A stretch of 64,000 bases of DNA from assembly GCA_902603475.1 (NCBI GenBank), contig CACKUZ010000002.1, positions 4,588 to 68,587 on the forward strand, written 5' to 3'. A program made the position numbers and the translations under genes. Of the stretch, positions 20,396 through 30,367 are shown in pieces. The stretch is from an uncultured Pelagibacteraceae bacterium (GTDB taxonomy: Bacteria > Pseudomonadota > Alphaproteobacteria > Pelagibacterales > Pelagibacteraceae). Every line of letters starts with the position of its first letter. Positions within the stretch are counted from its first letter, which is position 1. Below the pieces are notes generated by a model. That model searched no databases, was not told where the DNA came from, and saw only the letters and a list, made by a program, of their open reading frames with translations.

Positions 20396-21291
20396 TATTC
20401 ATGTCCATCAGTATTAAAATTATAAATTTTTTCGTCTAAAGCATTATATTTTTCGTATTCAACTAAATCATATAATCTTTTCCGCGTTTGCATTTTATCA
20501 ATAATATTGTTTTGATGTCCATCAGCAAAAATGGCACGTAAACCATCCTCCACATTTTTCATTGCTAATCTTTGGGTGGAGACTGGATAAATAACAATAT
20601 TATATCCCAAGTCCTCAAGTTGTTTGTAATTGAGTAATTTTGATTTTCCAAACTCCGTCATATTAGCTAAAAGATAACATCCAAGGGATTTTCTAACTAA
20701 TTCAAACTCTTTTTCATCTTTCAAAGCTTCAGGAAATATAACTTCAGCACCAGCATCTACGTATGCTTTACATCTATCAATCATGCTGTCTATTCCTTCT
20801 ACATTTTTTGCATCTGATCTAGCTATAATTTTAAAATTATTATCTTTTCTAGAACTTACACATTCCTTTATCTTAGAAACCATCTTTTCTTTAGAAATAA
20901 GCTCTTTGTTATCTAGATGACCACATCTTTTTTGTTCTATTTGATCCTCTAGATGAACAGCAGCTACACCAAATTCTTCAAATGTCTCAATTGTTTCTTT
21001 GCATGATTTAAATCCAGTATCAATATCAACTATTGTTGGAAGATTTGTTACTCTAGAAATTAAATAAGATCTAGTGCTAACATCTTGAAGGGTTGTTAAA
21101 CCAATATCTGGAAAGCCTAAATCATTAGCCATTACACCACCAGACACATAGACTGCATCATAACCGATTTCCTCTATTAACTTAGCTGTTAAAGGATTGT
21201 ATGCACCAGGTACTCTTAAAATTTTATTGGATTTAAGTTTGGTATCCAGATCAATTCTTTTTTGGGTTAAATCTTTTTCAACAAAATGCAT
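20395..21291 (-). CDS. prpB: 2-methylisocitrate lyase
   Basis: PDIG, DIDTGF, EDQ..KRCGH, NMTEFGKS. Confidence 0.92.
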   Translation of the reverse strand: MHFVEKDLTQKRIDLDTKLKSNKILRVPGAYNPLTAKLIEEIGYDAVYVSGGVMANDLGFPDIGLTTLQDVSTRSYLISRVTNLPTIVDIDTGFKSCKETIETFEEFGVAAVHLEDQIEQKRCGHLDNKELISKEKMVSKIKECVSSRKDNNFKIIARSDAKNVEGIDSMIDRCKAYVDAGAEVIFPEALKDEKEFELVRKSLGCYLLANMTEFGKSKLLNYKQLEDLGYNIVIYPVSTQRLAMKNVEDGLRAIFADGHQNNIIDKMQTRKRLYDLVEYEKYNALDEKIYNFNTDGHE

Positions 21292-22794
21292 TTAAAAAAT
21301 CCCTTTTTTATTATTTTTCTTTAAATATTTTTTGCTAACTTCGATATTTAATTTATTTAGACTTCCTTTTTTTAATTTTTTTAAATTTTGTACAGTTTTT
21401 AAAAACCTATCACTTTCTTTTTTAGATAATATTTTATTAGTTAAAGTTAAAAATTTCTTAATATAATCTTTTCTTTGAAAAGGTCTCGCTCCGTATGGAT
21501 GTGCATCAGCTCTTTCTAGTTCTTCAGATATTTTTTTTCCGTTATTTAAAGTAACGACAACTTTTGCTCCAAATGATTTCTTTTTTGGATCTGGATGATG
21601 ATATTTTTTAGTCCATTTTTTATCTTCATGTGTTGTTATAGATTTCCATATTTTTAAAGTACTTTTTCTATTTGCTCTTGATTTTGTATATGATCTTACA
21701 TGATGCCAGTTCGCATCCTCTAAGGCAACTGCAAATATATACATTATCGAATGGTCTAAAGTTTCTCTAGATGCATTAGGGTCCATCTTTTGTGGATCAT
21801 TTGCACCAGTTCCTATGACGTAATGTGTATGATGGCTGGTATAGATATCTATTTTTTTTATATTTTTTAAATCTGAAATTCTTTTATTTAATTTTTTACC
21901 TATATCTATTAATGCCTGTGCTTGATACTCTGCTGAATATTCTTTTGTGTACGTTTCTAGGATAGCTTTTTTTGGCTCATTTTTTTTTGGTAATGGCACA
22001 TTATATTTTGCATTTTTTCCATCTAATATTCTTGCAATTACACTGTCTTCTCCTTCATAAATAGGACTAGGAGCTCCTTCACCTCTCATAGCTCTATCAA
22101 CTGCTTCAATTGCTAATTTACCTGCATGTGCGGGTGCATAAGCTTTCCAGCTTGATATTTCTCCTTTTCTAGACTGTCGAGTAGAAATAGTTATATGAAG
22201 CGCTTGTTGGACAGCTTGATATATAGTTTCTGTATTTAATTTTAACATTGAACCTATGCCTGCAGCCACACTTGGTCCTAAATGAGCAATATGGTCAATT
22301 TTATGTTTATGCAGACAAATTCCTTTAACTAAATTAACTTGAACTTCATAAGCTGTAATAATTCCTCTTAAAAGGTCTGCTCCACTTTTTTTAAGCTTTT
22401 CACCAACAGCTAAAATAGGAGGAATATTATCACCTGGATGGCTATAATCAGCTGCCAAAAAAGTATCATGAAAATCTAATTCTCTAACAGCAGTCCCATT
22501 TGCCCACGCTGCCCATTCAGCATCAAATTTCAATACAGAATTAATACCAAATATGGTTGAGCCTGATTTTCTTAAATGTCCTTTGGCCATTTCTCTAGCC
22601 GAAATCACTGGTTTTCTGTTTAATGAGGCGATAGCAACAGATGCATTATCAATAATTCTATTAATTGACATTTCAATTGCATCATTATTTAATTTTGCCT
22701 TATCAGATGCAATTTCTGCAATTTTCCATGCGAGCTGTTTCTTCTTTGGAAGATTGATTTTTGATGGATATACTTTAACCGTGTTTAACAACAA
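21292..22794 (-). CDS. prpD: 2-methylcitrate dehydratase (MmgE/PrpD)
   Basis: [26 protein letters not shown]; AAGGAG RBS upstream. Confidence 0.9.
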   Translation of the reverse strand: MLLNTVKVYPSKINLPKKKQLAWKIAEIASDKAKLNNDAIEMSINRIIDNASVAIASLNRKPVISAREMAKGHLRKSGSTIFGINSVLKFDAEWAAWANGTAVRELDFHDTFLAADYSHPGDNIPPILAVGEKLKKSGADLLRGIITAYEVQVNLVKGICLHKHKIDHIAHLGPSVAAGIGSMLKLNTETIYQAVQQALHITISTRQSRKGEISSWKAYAPAHAGKLAIEAVDRAMRGEGAPSPIYEGEDSVIARILDGKNAKYNVPLPKKNEPKKAILETYTKEYSAEYQAQALIDIGKKLNKRISDLKNIKKIDIYTSHHTHYVIGTGANDPQKMDPNASRETLDHSIMYIFAVALEDANWHHVRSYTKSRANRKSTLKIWKSITTHEDKKWTKKYHHPDPKKKSFGAKVVVTLNNGKKISEELERADAHPYGARPFQRKDYIKKFLTLTNKILSKKESDRFLKTVQNLKKLKKGSLNKLNIEVSKKYLKKNNKKGIF

Positions 22795-22847
22795 AATAAC
22801 TCCTTACTTATAATTTTGTTTTAATAGTTAAAATAAATTAATCAATA

Positions 22848-23528
22848 TTAAAGATATTTAGAGATAATTTTATCAATATCTACAAAGTCTTTTATTAAGT
22901 GATTATGATAAATTTCATCAATTTTTTTTTCTGTATATCCATCCTCTAACAAAATCATTGGAATTTCAGCTGCTTTAGCAGCATTAGCATCTGACTCACT
23001 GTCTCCAATCATGATTGATTTATTTATATCACCATCAAGAATTTCTATAATCGTCGTTATATGTCTTGGATCAGGTTTGCAATAGGTGAATGTATTATAG
23101 CCTGCAACATATTCAAAATAATCATAAATTCCAATTTTTTTTAAAAGATCAACAGCCAGATGCTCTGTTTTATTTGTACATACAGCCATAGATATATTTT
23201 TTTTTTTACACCACTTTAAAAAATCTTTTACACCATCAACCAAAGTACTCTCATTCAATATATTTTTGCTATAATACGAAATAAATTCATCAGTCATTTC
23301 ATTTTTAATTTTTTCATTAATAGAACTTAATTCTTTCTTGGCTTGGCTCCAAATTGATCTTCCAATCATTGCACTCGCACCATGACCGACGGCACTTTTT
23401 AACTCATCTAATGATTTGCTTGGATAACCAAATTTCTTCATTACATGATTATGTGCAAGCATTAAATCTGGAGCAGTATCAACAAGTGTTCCATCTAGAT
23501 CAAATATAACAGTGAATTTTTGAGTCAT
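22848..23528 (-). CDS. gph: HAD phosphatase, phosphoglycolate phosphatase-like
   Basis: FDLDGTLVDTAPDL, TNK, KPDP, IGDS..D. Confidence 0.85.
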   Translation of the reverse strand: MTQKFTVIFDLDGTLVDTAPDLMLAHNHVMKKFGYPSKSLDELKSAVGHGASAMIGRSIWSQAKKELSSINEKIKNEMTDEFISYYSKNILNESTLVDGVKDFLKWCKKKNISMAVCTNKTEHLAVDLLKKIGIYDYFEYVAGYNTFTYCKPDPRHITTIIEILDGDINKSIMIGDSESDANAAKAAEIPMILLEDGYTEKKIDEIYHNHLIKDFVDIDKIISKYL

Positions 23529-23595
23529 TTAAAAGTATTATTAAGAAATAAATTGTGAATTAATTAAACTAATACTGAATTATATAAAAATATCA

Positions 23596-24213
23596 ATGAA
23601 ACAAATAAATTTTAAAAATATGCAATTAAAACTCAGGAACAAATTTTTAAAAAAAGGTGTTAAAATGGTAGCGCCAGAAACTGTTTTTTTTTCTAAAAAT
23701 ACAAAAATAGGAAAAAATGTGACTATCGAACCCTATGTAGTAATTGCAGACAAAGTTTCAGTTGGAAACAATGTAAGAATTTTATCTTTTTCGCATTTAG
23801 AGGGAGTAAAAATCGAAAATAATGTAAGTGTTGGTCCCTACGCAAGGTTAAGGCCTGGCACAGTAATTAAATCAGGATCAAAAATTGGAAATTTCGTAGA
23901 GGTAAAAAAAAGTATTGTTGGAAATAATTCAAAAGTAAATCATCTCTCATATATTGGGGACTCAAGTTTAGGAAAAAAAGTAAACATTGGTGCGGGAACA
24001 ATTACATGCAATTATGATGGAGTTAAAAAAAGCAAAACAATAATTGATAATGGCGTTTTTGTTGGCTCAAATTCCTCACTTGTTGCCCCAATTAAGATTG
24101 AAAAAAAAAGTACAATTGGTGCAGGATCAGTTATAACCAAAAAAGTTTCAAAAAACTCATTAGCCTTAACTAGATCTGAGCAAATTGAAGTTAAAAATTA
24201 TAAAAAAAAATAA
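23596..24213 (+). CDS. glmU: GlmU acetyltransferase (C-terminal beta-helix) domain only
   Basis: GPYARLRPG, GNFVEVK, HLSYIGD, GAGTITCNYDG, GSNSSLVAP; only 205 aa; abuts glmS. Confidence 0.85.
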   Translation: MKQINFKNMQLKLRNKFLKKGVKMVAPETVFFSKNTKIGKNVTIEPYVVIADKVSVGNNVRILSFSHLEGVKIENNVSVGPYARLRPGTVIKSGSKIGNFVEVKKSIVGNNSKVNHLSYIGDSSLGKKVNIGAGTITCNYDGVKKSKTIIDNGVFVGSNSSLVAPIKIEKKSTIGAGSVITKKVSKNSLALTRSEQIEVKNYKKK

Positions 24214-26034
24214 ATGTGTGGAATAATAGGAATAATAAGTACAAAAGAAGTTTCTAGTAGAATAGTTAATTCATTAAAAAAACTAGAATATAGAGGATAT
24301 GATTCTGCGGGTATAGCAACTCTAGTTGATGGAAATATTAATGAAGTAAAGTGTGAAGGTAGGGTTGATATATTAGAAAAAGACATATTAAAATTTAATC
24401 TTAAAGGAGATATTGGCATTGGTCATGTAAGATGGGCAACTCATGGCAAACCAAGCAAAATTAACGCTCATCCCCATTCATCAGAACAGGTTTCAGTTGT
24501 ACATAACGGCATAATAGAAAACTCAACAATTTTAAAAAAATTTTTAGAGAAAAAGGGATATGTATTTAAGTCACAAACTGATACTGAGGTAATAGCTCAT
24601 CTTGTTACAGATTACTTAAAAAAAAATTCTTTGAAAAATACTATTATTAAGGTTTTGAAAAAACTTCACGGTAGTTTTGCTCTAGGGGTAATTTTTAAAG
24701 ATCGAGGTGATTTAATGGTTGGTGCCAGGAGAGGGTCGCCTTTAGCTGTAGGATATGGGCCAAATGAAAATTATCTAGGATCAGATTCATACGCATTGAA
24801 ATCTATGACAAACAAAATCTCTTATTTAGAGGATGGAGAATTTTGTATTATCAAAAAAGATCAAATAGAGTTTTTTGAAGGCAATGGAGTAAAAATAAAT
24901 AAAAAAGTAATGAATCTCTCTAAAGAAGATATTCATTATGATAAAGGTGACTATAAATATTTCATGGAGAAAGAAATAGACGAACAGCCGTCCACCATTA
25001 ATGATTGCATAAATGAGTATGTTGATAGATATAACAATCAAATAAATATTTATAATTTTCCCTGGAAGATAGACTCTTTTCAATCAATTGTAATCATTGG
25101 TTGTGGTACAGCCTATCACTCATGTTTAGTAGCAAAGTATTGGCTTGAACAAAATACAAATCTCGATGTGAGTATCGATATAGCTTCAGAATTTAGATAT
25201 CGAAAAGTTAGGTTTAAAAAAGATTGCCTGTATGTTTTTGTTTCACAATCTGGTGAAACTGCAGATACTTATGCAGCTTTAGAATTATGTAAAAAAAATA
25301 AAATGAAAACTTGTGCAGTTGTAAATGTTGTTGAAAGTTCAATAGCAAGAGATGCTGATTTAGTTTTACCTATTTATTGTGGTCAAGAAATTGGTGTTGC
25401 ATCTACAAAAGCATTTCTTGGACAAATGTTAGTGCTATATATTCTATCTATAAAAATTTCTTTTGATCAAAAATTTATTACAAAGAAAGATTATCAATCT
25501 AAAATTAAAAATTTACTATCACTAACTAATTCAGTAAAAAAAACGCTCAAATTAGATGATAAACTTATAAATATTGGTAAAGTTTTTGCACACGCCAAAG
25601 GATGCATGTTTTTAGGTAGAGGTTACTCTTTTCCAATTGCCTTGGAGGGCGCCTTGAAGTTAAAAGAATTAGCCTATGTTCATGCCGAGGGTTATCCTGC
25701 AGGTGAAATGAAGCATGGACCATTAGCTTTGATAGAAGAAGGTATGCCAGTAGTTGTTATAGCACCTAGAGATGATCATTATAAAAAAACAATGTCAAAT
25801 ATGCAGGAGGTTATTGCAAGAGGAGCAAAGGTTTTACTAATAACAAATAAAAACAAAGATGAGGTTGTTTCTGAAAATATCTGGGAACAAATAGAAGTTG
25901 ATAAATTAAATGATGAATTAATTCCGTTTCTAGTTACTATACCTCTACAAAAACTCGCTTTTTATTCAGCACTTGAAAAAGGTTATGACATAGATAAACC
26001 AAGAAATTTAGCAAAATCTGTAACAGTTGAATAA
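24214..26034 (+). CDS. glmS: Glutamine--fructose-6-phosphate aminotransferase
   Basis: MCGIIG, LEYRGYDSAG, HVRWATHG, PRNLAKSVTVE. Confidence 0.97.
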   Translation: MCGIIGIISTKEVSSRIVNSLKKLEYRGYDSAGIATLVDGNINEVKCEGRVDILEKDILKFNLKGDIGIGHVRWATHGKPSKINAHPHSSEQVSVVHNGIIENSTILKKFLEKKGYVFKSQTDTEVIAHLVTDYLKKNSLKNTIIKVLKKLHGSFALGVIFKDRGDLMVGARRGSPLAVGYGPNENYLGSDSYALKSMTNKISYLEDGEFCIIKKDQIEFFEGNGVKINKKVMNLSKEDIHYDKGDYKYFMEKEIDEQPSTINDCINEYVDRYNNQINIYNFPWKIDSFQSIVIIGCGTAYHSCLVAKYWLEQNTNLDVSIDIASEFRYRKVRFKKDCLYVFVSQSGETADTYAALELCKKNKMKTCAVVNVVESSIARDADLVLPIYCGQEIGVASTKAFLGQMLVLYILSIKISFDQKFITKKDYQSKIKNLLSLTNSVKKTLKLDDKLINIGKVFAHAKGCMFLGRGYSFPIALEGALKLKELAYVHAEGYPAGEMKHGPLALIEEGMPVVVIAPRDDHYKKTMSNMQEVIARGAKVLLITNKNKDEVVSENIWEQIEVDKLNDELIPFLVTIPLQKLAFYSALEKGYDIDKPRNLAKSVTVE

Positions 26035-26752
26035 TTTGTACTTTTACTTATCAAAAATTTTAGCACCATTATTAAATCCAACTAATTTTTTAATTTTAGC
26101 TCTGATAATTTTATTTATTATTTATTATAAAAATAAAAAAAAGATTATTTTTAAATTATTGACTATAACTATCTTTTTATTATCAATTATTTCTCTTTTA
26201 CCTATTGGAAATTTTGGATTAAAGTATCTTGAAAAAGATTTTTCAAATAAAGAGAGCTATCAAAATATTAATAATATTGTAGTATTATCAGGTTCTGATT
26301 ATAGATTGTTAGCCTCAATCAAATTAGGAAATAAATACAAAAATACAGAAATCTATTATGTTGGTGGAAATGCATATTTAATAAAGAGCGATATGAATGA
26401 TGAAATTAATAAAGCAAAAAAAATTTATGAGGGATTGAACTTTGATATGACAAGAGTTAAATTTGTTGGTAAATCAAGAAATACAATAGAAAATTTTAAA
26501 GAAATTGAAAAATTAAACCTTAATGATTCAAAAACAATTTTAATCACATCTGCTTACCATATGAAGAGATCTATAATTATTGCAAAAGATTTTGGCTTAA
26601 AATTAATACCTTATGTTGTTGAACCAAAAACATATCGTCAAAGTTCACTAATAAATATTTACCAAGATTTTAGCATAAGTAGGAATTTAGCTAATTTTAA
26701 CTTATTTTTTAGGGAAATTATTGGTATTATTGTTTTTAAATTATCTTCATAA
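26027..26752 (+). CDS. YdcF/DUF218 (ElyC-like) membrane-anchored protein
   Basis: N-terminal TMs, IVVLSG, SRNTIEN, LITSAYHMKRS, REIIG. Confidence 0.85.
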   Translation: MNNLYFYLSKILAPLLNPTNFLILALIILFIIYYKNKKKIIFKLLTITIFLLSIISLLPIGNFGLKYLEKDFSNKESYQNINNIVVLSGSDYRLLASIKLGNKYKNTEIYYVGGNAYLIKSDMNDEINKAKKIYEGLNFDMTRVKFVGKSRNTIENFKEIEKLNLNDSKTILITSAYHMKRSIIIAKDFGLKLIPYVVEPKTYRQSSLINIYQDFSISRNLANFNLFFREIIGIIVFKLSS

Positions 26753-26805
26753 TTTAAATAATTTACTTTTTTAATTCAAGTGTATATACACTTCCTGATT
26801 GTATT

Positions 26806-28185
26806 ATGAAAAAATGGAAAGCAAATAGTTGGAGAAACCATCCAGTTAAGCATATCCCTGAGTATAAGGATGAAGAGGAATTAAATTTAGTTTTAAATAA
26901 ATTAAAAAATTTCCCCCCTTTAGTATTCGCGGGTGAAACTAGACATCTTAAAGATCAACTTGCAAACGTTGTTGATGGTAAAGCTTTCTTATTGCAAGGT
27001 GGAGATTGTGCTGAGAGCTTTGCAGAATTTAATCCAGATAATATTAGAGACTATTTTAAACTAATGCTTCAAATGTCATTAGTATTAACTTATTCAGCAT
27101 CTTTGCCAGTAGTAAAACTAGGAAGAATTGCTGGTCAGTTTTCAAAACCTAGAAGTGCTCCTACAGAGAAGCAAGGAGATGTAGAGCTACCAAGTTATTT
27201 AGGAGACAATATTAATGGTATGGAATTTACTGAAGCTGCAAGAGTTCCAGATCCAAAAAGATTATTTAGAGCATACTCTCAATCAGCCTCTACATTAAAT
27301 TTAATAAGAGCATTTTCTAATGGTGGGTTTGCTGACTTAAAAAAAGTTCATTTATGGAATTTAGGTTACATCAAATCTGCTGCACAAGCTAAAAAATTCA
27401 AGGAATTAGAAGATAAAATTGCAGATGCTCTAGCTTTTATGGAAGCTTGTGGAATTACATCAGATTTTAACAGAAGATTATACACTGTTAATTTCTGGAC
27501 ATCGCACGAAGCATTGCATTTACCATTTGAGGAAACTATGACAAGAATAGATTCTACCACTGGTGAATATCATGATACTTCAGCACATTTTGTATGGATT
27601 GGAGACAGAACAAGACAAATTGATGGTGGTCATGTGGAGTTTTGCAGAGGTATTGAAAATCCAATTGGAATTAAATGTGGTCCAACTTCTAAACCTGAAG
27701 AGATAGCCAAAATTTGTGAGCTGATAAATCCTAAAAATGACAAAGGTAAAATTACATTAATTTCTAGATTTGGCCACGATCAAGTAGAAAAATATTTACC
27801 AAAACTTATACGTGGAATTAAAAAAGAGGGACTTAACGTTATCTGGTCATGTGACCCGATGCATGGAAATACTATTAAATCAACTACAGGATTTAAAACA
27901 AGACCTTTTAACAACGTTTTAAATGAAGTTAAAAATGTATTTGGCGTACATCAAAGCGAAGGATCATATGCAGGAGGGCTTCATATTGAAATGACTGGTC
28001 AAAATGTGACAGAATGTACTGGTGGAGCTCAAAAAATATCAGATACAGATTTATCAAGCAGATATCACACTCAATGTGATCCAAGACTTAATGCTAACCA
28101 AGCCCTAGAGTTAGCTTTTTTAATTTCAGATGAGATTAAAAAGAATACCTTGTATGCTAAAAACGGTATTAGAGCGGCATCTTAA
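26806..28185 (+). CDS. Class II DAHP synthase
   Basis: LQGGDCAESF, RIAGQFSKPRS, WIGDRTRQ, CDPMHGN, CDPRLN. Confidence 0.95.
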   Translation: MKKWKANSWRNHPVKHIPEYKDEEELNLVLNKLKNFPPLVFAGETRHLKDQLANVVDGKAFLLQGGDCAESFAEFNPDNIRDYFKLMLQMSLVLTYSASLPVVKLGRIAGQFSKPRSAPTEKQGDVELPSYLGDNINGMEFTEAARVPDPKRLFRAYSQSASTLNLIRAFSNGGFADLKKVHLWNLGYIKSAAQAKKFKELEDKIADALAFMEACGITSDFNRRLYTVNFWTSHEALHLPFEETMTRIDSTTGEYHDTSAHFVWIGDRTRQIDGGHVEFCRGIENPIGIKCGPTSKPEEIAKICELINPKNDKGKITLISRFGHDQVEKYLPKLIRGIKKEGLNVIWSCDPMHGNTIKSTTGFKTRPFNNVLNEVKNVFGVHQSEGSYAGGLHIEMTGQNVTECTGGAQKISDTDLSSRYHTQCDPRLNANQALELAFLISDEIKKNTLYAKNGIRAAS

Positions 28186-28222
28186 TCGTTTAATTTTTTA
28201 AATTAATTATTATATTTTAATT

Positions 28223-28960
28223 ATGAAGCCAAACCAAAAAGTTACATTTATTAAGGACTGGATATTGAATTACGTTAATTTGATGCCAAAAAAAGCCGAG
28301 TCTCTGGTAGTTGGAATTTCAGGAGGAATTGATTCTTCTGTCTCGAGTACCTTAAGTGCAATGACAGGACTTAAAACTATTGTCTTGTCTATGCCAATAA
28401 AACAGAAAAGTGCACAACATGATTTAAGTTTAAAGCATCAGGAATGGCTAAAACAAAATTTTAAAAATGTTGAAGGTATTACTGTGGAGCTGGACAGTCT
28501 TTTTTCTACATTTGAAAATACTTTAAAAAATTTTAATAGTTTGCATGGTATGGCAAACTCTAGAGCTAGATTAAGAATGACAACCTTGTATCAAGTTGCA
28601 GCAGCCAATAATGGAATAGTGGTTGGTACTGGAAATAAAGTTGAGGATTTTGGAGTAGGTTTTTACACAAAGTATGGAGATGGTGGAGTTGATATATCTC
28701 CAATAGCTGATTGTAATAAAACAGAAGTTTGGGAATTAGGAAAAGAATTAAAAATTTTACAAGAGATTATAGATGCACCCCCAACAGATGGTTTATGGGA
28801 TGATGGCAGGACTGATGAAGGTCAACTTGGTTTAAGTTATAAAGAACTTGAAGAAGCAATGGAAAATGAAAATTCAAAAAATAGAGAAAAATATATCCAA
28901 ATAAGAAACGCAAATTTGCATAAAATGGATCCAATTCCAGTTTGCAAGATACCAAGCTAA
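28223..28960 (+). CDS. nadE: NH3-dependent NAD+ synthetase
   Basis: GISGGIDS, N..ARLRM, TKYGDGGVD, PTDGLW. Confidence 0.94.
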   Translation: MKPNQKVTFIKDWILNYVNLMPKKAESLVVGISGGIDSSVSSTLSAMTGLKTIVLSMPIKQKSAQHDLSLKHQEWLKQNFKNVEGITVELDSLFSTFENTLKNFNSLHGMANSRARLRMTTLYQVAAANNGIVVGTGNKVEDFGVGFYTKYGDGGVDISPIADCNKTEVWELGKELKILQEIIDAPPTDGLWDDGRTDEGQLGLSYKELEEAMENENSKNREKYIQIRNANLHKMDPIPVCKIPS

Positions 28961-29005
28961 TCAAATAGATTCACAAATCTATAATTAAAGTATATTCCTT
29001 GAATA

Positions 29006-30367
29006 ATGAATAAAGATATTTTTTTAACAAATAGCTATGGTGGAAAAAAAGAAAAGTTTCAACCAATAGATAAAAATAAAGTTAAAATGTATGTTTGTGG
29101 TCCTACAGTTTATGATGATCCACATATAGGTAATGCAAGGCCATTAGTTGTATTTGATATTCTTTTTAAAGTTTTAAAATGTAAGTATGGTAAAGACAAT
29201 GTTACGTATGTCAGGAATATTACAGATATTGATGATAAAATAATTCAATCTGCAAAAGATAAAAAAATTACAATCTCTGAATTAACTCATAAAATAAATA
29301 TAAATTTTCAACAAGATTGTAATTATCTTAATTGCGAGGAACCAAACTTTCAGCCTAAAGCAACAGAAAATATAAATGAAATGATCGATATGATCAGTAG
29401 TTTAGTTGAGAAAGGTTTTGCTTATGAGAGTAAGAAGCATATTTATTTTGAGGTTAAAAAATTTAAGGACTATGGAAAATTATCAAATAAAAAAACTGAA
29501 GATTTAATATCTGGGTCCAGAGTAGAAGTATCAAGTAATAAGAAAAATGCTGAAGACTTTGTATTATGGAAACCCTCAAGTGAAGATGAACCTAGTTGGC
29601 CATCACCGTGGGGAAAGGGAAGACCAGGCTGGCATTTAGAATGTTCAGTAATGTCGAAAAAATATCTTGGTGATAAGTTTGACATTCATGGGGGAGGCAG
29701 AGATTTAATATTTCCACATCATGAAAATGAAATTGCGCAATCACGTTGTGCTAATGATACTGATGTTTTTTCAAATTATTGGGTACATAATGGATTTATA
29801 ACTTTATCAAATGAAAAAATGGCAAAATCACAAGGCAATATTTTAAAGATAAGTGATTTTAAAAATAATGTGAATGGTCAAGCTCTAAGACTAGCTTTAA
29901 TTAGTGCACAGTATAGACAGCCTTTAGATTGGAATGACAAACTTTTAGAGGAAAGTCAAAAAACAATTGATAAATGGTATAAAAGCTATGTAAAACTAGA
30001 TAAGGCCAAACTTATTTCTGACGATGACCTTTATCCTTTGTATGACGATTTAAACACACCGAAATATATTGCCAACCTTCATAAGCTATATGAAAAATCT
30101 CAATCAGGTAATTTGGAAGATAAACAAGAATTTGTATCTGCATGTAATTTTATAGGATTGTTAACAGAGACTAAAGAAGAATGGGAAAAATTTAAAAAAA
30201 ATAAATCTGATTTAAGCGATGAGATAATTGAAATAAAAATTAAAGAACGAAATCAGGCTAGAGATGATAAAAATTACGAATTAGCTGATAAAATTCGAAA
30301 TGAGCTTTTGGAAAAAGGAGTTCAAATAGAGGATAAAGATGGTAAAACCTCGTGGAAATTTAAATAA
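29006..30367 (+). CDS. cysS: Cysteine--tRNA ligase
   Basis: CGPTVY..HIGN, GRPGWHLEC, FPHHENE, KMAKS. Confidence 0.96.
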   Translation: MNKDIFLTNSYGGKKEKFQPIDKNKVKMYVCGPTVYDDPHIGNARPLVVFDILFKVLKCKYGKDNVTYVRNITDIDDKIIQSAKDKKITISELTHKININFQQDCNYLNCEEPNFQPKATENINEMIDMISSLVEKGFAYESKKHIYFEVKKFKDYGKLSNKKTEDLISGSRVEVSSNKKNAEDFVLWKPSSEDEPSWPSPWGKGRPGWHLECSVMSKKYLGDKFDIHGGGRDLIFPHHENEIAQSRCANDTDVFSNYWVHNGFITLSNEKMAKSQGNILKISDFKNNVNGQALRLALISAQYRQPLDWNDKLLEESQKTIDKWYKSYVKLDKAKLISDDDLYPLYDDLNTPKYIANLHKLYEKSQSGNLEDKQEFVSACNFIGLLTETKEEWEKFKKNKSDLSDEIIEIKIKERNQARDDKNYELADKIRNELLEKGVQIEDKDGKTSWKFK

